Shown: positions 1 through 7,615 of the stretch, piece by piece
Numbering within the stretch: the first letter of the stretch is position 1
Layout: each line of letters starts with the position of its first letter
Assembly (NCBI GenBank): GCA_963788655.1
Contig: CAWBHS010000060.1
Span: 160,001-224,000, forward strand
Length of the DNA: 64,000 nucleotides
Direction: 5' to 3'
Source of the DNA: an uncultured Verrucomicrobiae bacterium
Lineage (GTDB): Bacteria; Verrucomicrobiota; Verrucomicrobiia; Limisphaerales; JAFGQR01
The notes under the pieces: model-generated
The model's input: only the letters and a program-made list of their open reading frames with translations
Told to the model about the DNA's origin: nothing
Database searches by the model: none
Position numbers and translations under genes: made by a program

Positions 1-533
1 TGACCGGTAACCACGCAGAACGTCACTGTGGCCGGCGTCTTTGAATCGGGCGCCGTCGCAAACTGGCCGTGCAAATCGCCGTGGCGCGGTTGGCCGTTCG
101 GCCCGGTGGTCTGGGCCGCATAATAATAAACCGTGGCCGGTTGAAGCCCTGTCAAATGGAAATGGTGCGTGAAGTCCGTCGCGGCGGAAACCTTGATCCA
201 ATCCGTACTTGGAGCGCCGGCCAGGTCCGCACGAGTGCCGTAAATCAGTCGCACTTCTCCGGGCGCACCGGGACAAGCCCCCTCCAGTTGGGTGGTGTCG
301 GCCGGGATGCTCATCAAGGTCTTGCCGGTGCGCTTCTTCACCACCTGACCCGAGCGGTTGCGCGTCGGCGAAGCGGTCAGGCGCATCCAGACAATGGCCG
401 AGTCCGGAGTGATCTCCCCGACTTTGACGCCGGTGGCCTGATGTGGCGGCAGGTCGGATGGCGCCGCATTCAGGAAACAGCTCGTGAGAGTCAGCACCAG
501 AAAACTCAGCAGGTATCGAGCAATTAGCTTCAT
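1..533 (-). CDS. PhoD-family alkaline phosphatase, N-terminal part (runs off the window edge)
   Basis: Read manually; not in the ORF track because it has no stop in the window. ATG at 533 gives MKLIARYLLSFLVLTLTSCFLNA (signal peptide), then ATGVKVGEITPDSAIVWMRLT, DFTHHFHLTGLQPATVYYY and FATAPDSKTPATVTFCVVTG, matching the PhoD N-terminal domain and the start of the catalytic domain. Confidence 0.75.
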   Translation of the reverse strand, partial: MKLIARYLLSFLVLTLTSCFLNAAPSDLPPHQATGVKVGEITPDSAIVWMRLTASPTRNRSGQVVKKRTGKTLMSIPADTTQLEGACPGAPGEVRLIYGTRADLAGAPSTDWIKVSAATDFTHHFHLTGLQPATVYYYAAQTTGPNGQPRHGDLHGQFATAPDSKTPATVTFCVVTG

Positions 534-626
534 AGGTTACAAGAGGAAACATAGGGATTTAGCCTGAGCAATGCACTGGATATTTTAGAAACTTGATTCA
601 CAAGGGCTATGTTCAAAGGTCTGCGC

Positions 627-1014
627 AACGTGCTGCCGGCGTCCCGCCGGCAGAACCGAACGCGCCTGGTGCGCTCAAACTTCCCTCACCCTTCGCCTGT
701 CATCGCTCCGTTCGCTCTGCCGGCAGGATGCCAGCAGTACGTTGGCAAGATCAGCTCCCGTAGCGTGCTGCCGGCGTCTCGCCGGCAGAACCGAACACGC
801 CTGGTGCGCTCAAACTTCCCTCACCCTTCGCCTGTCATCGCTCCGTTCGCTCTGCCGGCAGGATGCCAGCAGCACGTTGGCAAGATCATATTCCGTAGCG
901 TGCTGCCGGCGTCTCGCCGGCAGAATCGAACGCGCCTGGTGCGCTCGAACTTCCCTTCACCCTTCGCCCGTTACTTCTCCGTTCGCTCTGCCGGCAGGAT
1001 GCCGGCAGCACGTT
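627..1014. repeat. Three tandem ~135-bp units, each an inverted pair of palindromic REP-like elements
   Basis: TGCTGCCGGC recurs at 631, 766 and 901 (period 135). Each unit opens with CGTGCTGCCGGCGTCYCGCCGGCAGA (preceded by GTAG in copies 2 and 3) and closes with the inverted TCTGCCGGCAGGATGCCRGCAGYACG. Confidence 0.9.
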
Positions 1015-2626
1015 CCAATGGCTTGGCTTGCTCGGGTTTGAAAATCAGCACGCGACGGGCGAAGGGAATTTCGATTCCTTCGCGGTCGAAGGCTTCTTTG
1101 ATGCGTTTGCGCAAATCGCGGGCCACGTCCAAATGATGCCCCGGTTGCACCTGCGTCACGGTGCGGATCGTCAGGTCGGACTCACCAAAGTTATCCAGGC
1201 CATTGACCTTCGTGGGTTCAAGCACATTGGTGTTTGTCTCTTTCAATTCCTGGCCCGTCTGGCGAAGTACGCGATACACTTTGTCGAGATCGGAGTCATA
1301 CGCCACGCCCACGTCCACCACCGCGCGGGTATAACCTTTGGAGAAATTGACGACTTCCCCAATCTGGCCGTTGCGCAGGATATGTTGCTGGCCGCCGGGA
1401 TCCCGAATACGCGTGGTGCGGATTTCGATGGCTTCCACGACACCGCGCGCGTGGCCAGTCTCGATAAAGTCGCCCACCATGAAATGGTTCTCGAAAATGA
1501 TAAAGAACCCGGTGACCACATCATTGACGACACTTTGCGCGCCCAATCCCACCACCAGGCCCACCACGCCGGCGCCCGCCAGGATGGGCGCGAGATTCAC
1601 CTTGAGCACACTCAGCATCATCACGAAGGCGGCGAAATAAATCAGGTAACCGAGGATGCTTTTAATGAGCGGGACGAGGGTGCGGCGCCGCTGTTGTTCC
1701 GCCTGCGTCAGGTGATCCACCTTGATCACCGAACTGTCCACGATCAAGTTCGCGAGTTCGACCACCACGCGGCTGGAGAAGAAAATGCCGATGATTTTTA
1801 CCGCCTGCGGCCCATGGACGGCAAAATGCGAGATGAACTTCAGTTGCATCACCACCAGCGTGGCGACATACACATAGACCACCCATTCCAGGCAACGGCG
1901 GGCCAGCGGCACAAGCCCGCGCAATTGGTCGTAGAACCGCAGGAAATTATCCGGGCTGGAGTATTTCACGCTCAGCGCGTCGAGGCTGGCCACAATCGCC
2001 GACACCGCATTGCTCACCAGCAATCCGAGGGTAACGATCAGAAAAATCTTCAGCACCAGCAGAACACCCTCGGCAACGACCGGCAACAACGGGAGCAACC
2101 GGGTGGCAAAATACAACGCCAGCAACCAAAGACTGACGGTCTGAATTCGGATCAGCGCGCCAAAAAAGGCTTCGATGCTTTGGTCGTTGGCCTTGATTTG
2201 TTCCCAGGCCTTGGCGCGCTCCTGAAGATACCAAAGCAGCCGGCGCAACCACCGGATGACCAGCATTGCGGCTATAGCCAACCCGATGAGCTCGGCGGCT
2301 TCCGTCCCCAAATTCAACCAGAACGCTAACGTCAACTCCGCCAGCCATTCCTGCGCTTGATCGCGCACGCTCTTGCCCTGCCATATCAGATAGCCATTGA
2401 ACCCAATGGCGGCGAGGCACAGTCCGGCGCAAAGCAACGCCAGAAACACTTTGAAGTTGCGTCGCAAGCCCTCGACGCGCGTCTTTTGGTTCTGCAACCA
2501 GCGCAGCTCAACGACTCGCCGAAAGACCCGTTGGATGAGGAAATTCAGAACCAGAAACATCACCACCAGGACGACGATCTCGCCCACGGTGATTCCGATG
2601 TCCCACGCCAGATTTTGGGTATTCAC
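971..2626 (-). CDS. mscS: Mechanosensitive ion channel, MscS family, with extended N-terminal membrane region
   Basis: Motifs LAGAGVVGLVVGLGAQSVVNDVVTGFFIIFENHFMVGDFIE, GVVEAIEIRTTRIR, VGVAYDSD and IKEAFDREGIEIPF. Start placed at GTG 2626 (or TTG 2632), next to the gmd stop, rather than at the ORF-track start 2830. Confidence 0.88.
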   Translation of the reverse strand: MNTQNLAWDIGITVGEIVVLVVMFLVLNFLIQRVFRRVVELRWLQNQKTRVEGLRRNFKVFLALLCAGLCLAAIGFNGYLIWQGKSVRDQAQEWLAELTLAFWLNLGTEAAELIGLAIAAMLVIRWLRRLLWYLQERAKAWEQIKANDQSIEAFFGALIRIQTVSLWLLALYFATRLLPLLPVVAEGVLLVLKIFLIVTLGLLVSNAVSAIVASLDALSVKYSSPDNFLRFYDQLRGLVPLARRCLEWVVYVYVATLVVMQLKFISHFAVHGPQAVKIIGIFFSSRVVVELANLIVDSSVIKVDHLTQAEQQRRRTLVPLIKSILGYLIYFAAFVMMLSVLKVNLAPILAGAGVVGLVVGLGAQSVVNDVVTGFFIIFENHFMVGDFIETGHARGVVEAIEIRTTRIRDPGGQQHILRNGQIGEVVNFSKGYTRAVVDVGVAYDSDLDKVYRVLRQTGQELKETNTNVLEPTKVNGLDNFGESDLTIRTVTQVQPGHHLDVARDLRKRIKEAFDREGIEIPFARRVLIFKPEQAKPLERAAGILPAERTEK

Positions 2627-2628
2627 GT

Positions 2629-3642
2629 TCAACTGGTCACCCGAATCCGCCCCTGCTGATGGGCCTTGAGCAACTCGATGTCCGCGTCCACCATCAGCTT
2701 CACCAGATCCTTGAATTTCACCTTCGGCTCCCACCCCAGTTGACGCCGGGCTTTGCTGGCGTCGCCGATCAGCATATCCACTTCGGCGGGCCGCAGGTAG
2801 CGGGGATCTTTGACCACATACTTCTGCCAATCGAGCCCGGCGCAGTGAAAGGCTTCCTCGAGAAATTCGCGCACCGAGTGCGTCTCGCCGGTGGCCACCA
2901 CGTAATCATCCGGTTGCTCCTGCTGCAGCATCAGCCACATCGCCTCGACGTATTCCTGGGCGTAACCCCAATCGCGTTTGGCGTCCAAGTTGCCCAGAAA
3001 CAACCTGTCCTGCAGGCCCGCTTTGATGTGCGCAATCGCCCGCGTGATTTTGCGGGTGACAAATGTCTCGCCGCGCCGGGGCGATTCGTGGTTGAAGAGA
3101 ATTCCGTTGGTGGCGTGCAAGCCGTAAGACTCACGATAGTTTACCGTCAGCCAATACGAATACACCTTGGCGCACGCGTAGGGATTGCGCGGATAGAAGG
3201 GGGTCTTTTCCGTCTGCGGAATTTCCTGCACCTTGCCATACATTTCGCTCGAGGACGCCTGATAGAACCGTGGTTGCAGGCCCACCTCACGAATGGCTTC
3301 CAGCAGCCGCGCAGTGCCGGTGGCGTTAACGTCGGTGGTAAACTCCGGGTTGTCAAAGCTTACCCGCACGTGGCTTTGGGCACCCAGGTTATAGATCTCG
3401 TCGGGCTGGAGCTTGCCCAGCAACCGCACCAGCGAACCAGAATCAAGCAGATCGCCGTAGTGCAAATGCAGGTTGGTCCGATCGGGTTCGGGATCCGACG
3501 TAACGCCTTCGAGGCGCCCCCGGTTGAAAGTGCTGGTCCGCCGCACGAGGCCGTGGACCTGGTAGCCCTTGGCCAGCAACAGCTCCGCCAAATACGATCC
3601 GTCCTGCCCCGTGATGCCCGTGATAAACGCCGTGTTCGCCAT
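2629..3642 (-). CDS. gmd: GDP-mannose 4,6-dehydratase
   Basis: Motifs [73 protein letters not shown] and RPAEVD. Confidence 0.97.
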   Translation of the reverse strand: MANTAFITGITGQDGSYLAELLLAKGYQVHGLVRRTSTFNRGRLEGVTSDPEPDRTNLHLHYGDLLDSGSLVRLLGKLQPDEIYNLGAQSHVRVSFDNPEFTTDVNATGTARLLEAIREVGLQPRFYQASSSEMYGKVQEIPQTEKTPFYPRNPYACAKVYSYWLTVNYRESYGLHATNGILFNHESPRRGETFVTRKITRAIAHIKAGLQDRLFLGNLDAKRDWGYAQEYVEAMWLMLQQEQPDDYVVATGETHSVREFLEEAFHCAGLDWQKYVVKDPRYLRPAEVDMLIGDASKARRQLGWEPKVKFKDLVKLMVDADIELLKAHQQGRIRVTS

Positions 3643-3763
3643 AGTTCGGCGTGAGGTTCCACGACCGCAAAATCAATGGCAAGCAAACAAACCGGGGGGA
3701 AAACCGAAACCCGAATTGGGGCGGTCAAGGAGTTGTTCGGCAACGGTCCAAAATGAGATCTGC

Positions 3764-3798
3764 TTTCGACCTTCGGATTTCGGTCTTCGGATTTGAAC
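3764..3798. repeat. Short degenerate heptamer tandem repeat (TTTCGGA/CTTCGGA)
   Basis: tttcgac cttcgga tttcggt cttcgga tttgaac in the batE-gmd spacer. Confidence 0.55.
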
Positions 3799-3851
3799 GC
3801 AGCATTGGGGATCGATGCTTACACGGCGAAGCCCTCCCGGAGACCTCTACC

Positions 3852-4646
3852 CTACCCTTGGGTGCGAACAACCTCCCCCCGCTTCACCCAACCCACACGA
3901 TGTCCCGGCGCTTCCACCCGCAGCCAGGTTTGCTTTTGCCCCTGATCGGAAATTTCCTGTTGGTCCTGCACGGTCACTTCGATGCCGTCGCGCAACTTGA
4001 AGGCGACGGGCGATCGTTCGAGCGGCCCCTGCCGCACAATCGCCTCAGGCTGGATAATGACCGCCGTGGGAATGGACGACTGGTTGTAGGCCGCGACCAG
4101 ACAAAGCGCGAGAAACCCTGTTCCCGAGGCGGCCAATACAACATACATCCGCAACGATTGACGCAGAGTTGGGCGCAGTTCCCGGAGCATCATCAACAGG
4201 AACCAACCCCAAAAGACCGCGGCACAGAGCAGCGTCCATTCATTGAGGGTTAGCGATGCCAGCATGCGTTTCCAGGGACTGCCCACCAGCGCGTCGCTGC
4301 CAGTGACTTTTTCCCGCACGAACTTGAGATTGAACCGCACGTTGGGATCGCGCGGATTCAATTGCAGCGCCCGCAAATAGGCGGCAATGGCCCGTCCGTC
4401 CTGACCGGCTTTGAAGCACGCGTTGCCCAGGTTGTAGTACAGCGTCGCAGTCGGTGATTGAGTCTCGATGAGTTTCTGGTAGGCCGCCGCCGATTGCGCA
4501 AACTTGCCTTCAAAATACAACTTGTTGGCCGCATCGAATGCTTCCGTTGGCGTGGCGGCCGCCGCTGTAATCACCGCGAAAATGAACGCAATCAGGAAAA
4601 CGATTCGGGCCATGCTTAGTCTGCTTTCAACCATGTCCTCCCTCAT
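3852..4646 (-). CDS. batE: BatE-like protein: TPR repeats, two TM helices and an SH3-like domain
   Basis: TPR segment FDAANKLYFEGKF...LYYNLGNACFKAGQDGRAIAAYLRALQLNPRDPNVRFNL, two hydrophobic helices, and SH3-like VRQGP...WLRVE...VGWV. ATG 4646 overlaps the batD stop (ATGA); 4613 is an alternative start. Confidence 0.75.
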   Translation of the reverse strand: MREDMVESRLSMARIVFLIAFIFAVITAAAATPTEAFDAANKLYFEGKFAQSAAAYQKLIETQSPTATLYYNLGNACFKAGQDGRAIAAYLRALQLNPRDPNVRFNLKFVREKVTGSDALVGSPWKRMLASLTLNEWTLLCAAVFWGWFLLMMLRELRPTLRQSLRMYVVLAASGTGFLALCLVAAYNQSSIPTAVIIQPEAIVRQGPLERSPVAFKLRDGIEVTVQDQQEISDQGQKQTWLRVEAPGHRVGWVKRGEVVRTQG

Positions 4647-6457
4647 GCCTTCCAAGCCTGCAATGAGCGCAGGGTCGTTTCGAGCTGCGGAATGTGCGCC
4701 TCCAACTCCTGACTGCTTTGGGTCGGCGCGTAGCGAACCAGATTGCAGCTTTGAAACAGTTCGTGCAGGGTGGTCAGGGTTTCTTCCGGAAGACCGCGCT
4801 CGCGCAGGTGGTCGTCGATCACTGCTTCCGTTATCGCCGAGGCCGGCAGGTCCAGGCGCTCGCCAAGTTGTTCCTGAAGCAACCGAAACAGGGTCGCGAA
4901 GAACTCCTCGCTTTGGCCAGCCGCCGCCTGGGCGCGCAATACTTTGAGCCCTTCCCGAATGCGCACCGCCACTTGCCGCTGGCGCCGCAGTCGGGGATTG
5001 TTCGCCAGGGCCTCGTTGCGCTTGCGCCAAAACAAAACAGACAACCAAGCCAGGACCGGCAGGCTTTGCACGCCGAGGAACCAGCTTTGTTGGGCCAGCA
5101 ACGGTGTCGGCATCCCCGAATGATCGAAGTGCGTGTCCACGGGAAGGATGTCGTCGGCCGGCGGCGGGGTATTGGGTTGGGAATTGGTGGCCAGCATCGG
5201 CGGAGGCGCCGCTGGAGTGGCACCGGCGTTCACGGTGATCGGGATGGCCGGACCGGACAACGTGCGATAGTGGCGGGCTTGCGGATCGAAGAAAGAAAAC
5301 TGCAAGGGCGGAATGCTTTTGATTTCGTGGTTCTGCGGGATGAGCACTTGCGTAAACGTCTTCGCGCCGGACAGCCCCAATTCATCACTGGTTTGTGTTT
5401 CGCTGGTCGGTGGGTAGATCTTGAACTCCTTCCAGGCCGGTTGCGAGGGCAGGCTGAGCGATTCAATCGGCCCGGAACCGCTGATTTGCGCATGCACTGT
5501 TATGGGGTCCCCCACGCCAACTTCTTTGGGACTAGCGGTCACGGACAAACGAAACGTGCCCACGGCACCATTGAACGTGGCCGGCACCTTCGCGCTCGGC
5601 AATGGGAGCACGTCGAGGGGAATGGTTTCACTCTGCAGCGTGGTGCGTTGCCGCCGCACGTTGGGATTGCCAAAAAAACCACCAAACGCATCAAAAGGAC
5701 TCGGGGACCGGCGGCCGCCCATCGCGATGAGCAGCGTCAGATCACAAGTTGCCGGTCCGAACTTAATTTTACCCGCCTTCGCCGGAGTAGCAGCAAGCTT
5801 GAAGACCACCACATTATAAACTTGGCCGCCCACTTGGGCGCGAGTTTGGCGGCCTTGCGTCATCGGGCTGAACGAGAATCCTTCGGCTTCGAGTTGGGGG
5901 CGATTGACATCCGTCACGTTGCGCACGTAAAGCTGCATTTCCACCGGGAACGACTGGCCTACATACACCTGTCGTTGGGGAACGATCAGCCGCAGAAACG
6001 CCTGGTTGGTTACCGAGTTTTGCGCGTTGCCTTGCACGACCTGGAGTGGCAGGGCCTGGCTGGTGAGAACTTGATTGCCGACCCGGATTTGCAGCGGTGG
6101 AATGACCAGATTGCCGACTTGGGTGGGCTCCAACACATAGTTAAAAATCGTCTTATCGCTTCGTTGGCCGTTGATGTCCTCAATTTGCCTTATTGGACCC
6201 CCTCCCGGATGCACGCGCATCCCAGGCAATGCGGGCAGGTTGGGGCTGCCTGCCGGAGCGCCCCCTTCGAAGATCAGGGACAGGGTGACGCTCTCGCCCA
6301 GTGGCACCATGTTGCGGTCCAATTGCGCGGTCAGTGTGGCCGCCTGAACCGGCGCGCTGGCCAGGACCACCCCGAGCAAACCCACCAACGAGCCAAACCA
6401 AGCAGCCGGCCGCCCGAGAAGCGGTCCGCGCTCTACAATTTGTCTGTTTCTCTGCAT
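4643..6457 (-). CDS. batD: BatD-family protein
   Basis: Signal peptide, then TAQLDRNMVPLGESVTLSL, QVYVGQ, VLPLP...FNGAVGTF, VGDPITV...SGSG, IPPLQFSFFDPQARHYRTL and a C-terminal TM helix. Start trimmed to ATG 6457; the ORF-track extension to 7870 is antisense to the activase. Confidence 0.82.
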   Translation of the reverse strand: MQRNRQIVERGPLLGRPAAWFGSLVGLLGVVLASAPVQAATLTAQLDRNMVPLGESVTLSLIFEGGAPAGSPNLPALPGMRVHPGGGPIRQIEDINGQRSDKTIFNYVLEPTQVGNLVIPPLQIRVGNQVLTSQALPLQVVQGNAQNSVTNQAFLRLIVPQRQVYVGQSFPVEMQLYVRNVTDVNRPQLEAEGFSFSPMTQGRQTRAQVGGQVYNVVVFKLAATPAKAGKIKFGPATCDLTLLIAMGGRRSPSPFDAFGGFFGNPNVRRQRTTLQSETIPLDVLPLPSAKVPATFNGAVGTFRLSVTASPKEVGVGDPITVHAQISGSGPIESLSLPSQPAWKEFKIYPPTSETQTSDELGLSGAKTFTQVLIPQNHEIKSIPPLQFSFFDPQARHYRTLSGPAIPITVNAGATPAAPPPMLATNSQPNTPPPADDILPVDTHFDHSGMPTPLLAQQSWFLGVQSLPVLAWLSVLFWRKRNEALANNPRLRRQRQVAVRIREGLKVLRAQAAAGQSEEFFATLFRLLQEQLGERLDLPASAITEAVIDDHLRERGLPEETLTTLHELFQSCNLVRYAPTQSSQELEAHIPQLETTLRSLQAWKA

Positions 6458-6574
6458 ATCGCCGATTTGAACACCGATTGCCTGAATTCGATTATAAAGA
6501 TCATAGCCGGTAGTCAAAGGTTTTGCATGGCCGAATTCCAGCAAGGCCGCTAAACTTACGACTCCATCACCAAT

Positions 6575-7480
6575 ATGCAAAGCGGCACAGTATTTAATAT
6601 CCAGAAGTTCTCGGTGCAGGATGGCCCCGGCATCCGCACCACGGTTTTTCTCAAAGGTTGCCCTTTGTGCTGCGCCTGGTGTCATAATCCCGAAGGACGC
6701 GCGGCCGAACGCGAAATGATTTTCGTAGAGGACCGTTGCCTGGTCTGCGGTCAATGCCGCGAGGCTTGCCCGCATGCAGACTCCATCGCCGGCAACGGTG
6801 CCCTGCCCTTGCGACCCGAGCAATGCGATTTGTGCGGTGCTTGCGTGGAGGCCTGCCCGACCGGTGCCCGCCAAGCCGTGGGCCGGGAAATGACGGTCAA
6901 CGAAGTGATGCGCGAGGTGATGCAAGACCGGATGTTCTACGAAGATTCCGCGGGCGGTGTGTCGTTTTCCGGAGGCGAACCGCTGATGCAACCCCAGTTT
7001 TTGCGGGCCCTTTTGGAGGCCTGCCAGGCGAACGGACTGCACACGGCAGTGGACACCTGCGGTTTCGCTCCGCAACAGCATTTGCTGGCCATGGTCCCAC
7101 TGACCGACTTGTTTTTGTTCGACCTGAAACTGATGGACGATACCAAACACCGCCAATATACCGGCGTTTCCAATGCGCCTATTTTGGAAAACCTCCAAGC
7201 GCTGGACCGGATGCATGATGGGGTCTGGATTCGCGTACCGGTCATCCCCGGCGTCAATGACAATCCGGCCGAGTTGGAAGCCATCGCGCGGTTTGCTGCT
7301 TCGATCCATGCGGTGCGCCAAGTCAACCTCCTGCCCTATCACAAATCGGGACTTCAAAAATTCCGTCGCCTGGGCCAAGTTCCCTCGTTGGAAGACGCAC
7401 AGACACCTTCCGCTGAACAAATGGAAGCGGCGGTGAAAGTCTTCCGAGCGTTTGGTCTGGCGGCCAGCGCGGGCGGTTGA
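6575..7480 (+). CDS. Glycyl-radical enzyme activating enzyme (radical SAM with 2x[4Fe-4S] ferredoxin insert)
   Basis: IQKFSVQDGPGIRTTVFLKGCPLCCAWCHNPE (CxxxCxxC), two CxxCxxCxxxCP motifs, GGVSFSGGEPLMQ, VDTCG, WIRVPVIPG and LLPYH. Lies directly upstream of a GRE. Confidence 0.95.
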   Translation: MQSGTVFNIQKFSVQDGPGIRTTVFLKGCPLCCAWCHNPEGRAAEREMIFVEDRCLVCGQCREACPHADSIAGNGALPLRPEQCDLCGACVEACPTGARQAVGREMTVNEVMREVMQDRMFYEDSAGGVSFSGGEPLMQPQFLRALLEACQANGLHTAVDTCGFAPQQHLLAMVPLTDLFLFDLKLMDDTKHRQYTGVSNAPILENLQALDRMHDGVWIRVPVIPGVNDNPAELEAIARFAASIHAVRQVNLLPYHKSGLQKFRRLGQVPSLEDAQTPSAEQMEAAVKVFRAFGLAASAGG

Positions 7481-7525
7481 GAAGAAATCGCTAAAGGCAA
7501 ACTCATGGCAGACATATTTAATACT

Positions 7526-7566
7526 AAAGCGGGAGCAAGCTCCACGCACTCCAAACGCTTCGCGAG
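7526..7566. repeat. REP-like palindrome (GGAGTGCG class, on the minus strand)
   Basis: AAAGCGGGAGCAAGCTCCACGCACTCCAAACGCTTCGCGAG, with the internal hairpin GGAGC-AA-GCTCC, between the activase and the GRE. Confidence 0.55.
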
Positions 7567-7615
7567 ATTCGAAGACCGTTCCAGATTCGTTTTCACACAA
7601 AATCGTTGATCTTTT

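Noticed and set aside
627..1014. Possible CRISPR array
   Set aside because: The sequences between the palindromes are near-identical rather than unique spacers, the period is 135 bp, and no cas genes are present.
609..1136. 175-aa repetitive ORF on the + strand
   Set aside because: It is a translation of the REP tandem (135 bp is divisible by 3) and runs antisense into mscS.
1028..6553. Long + strand ORFs (1028-2329, 2659-3654, 4694-6553) and similar ones elsewhere
   Set aside because: These are antisense shadows of well-supported genes, expected in high-GC DNA, and carry no recognisable motifs.
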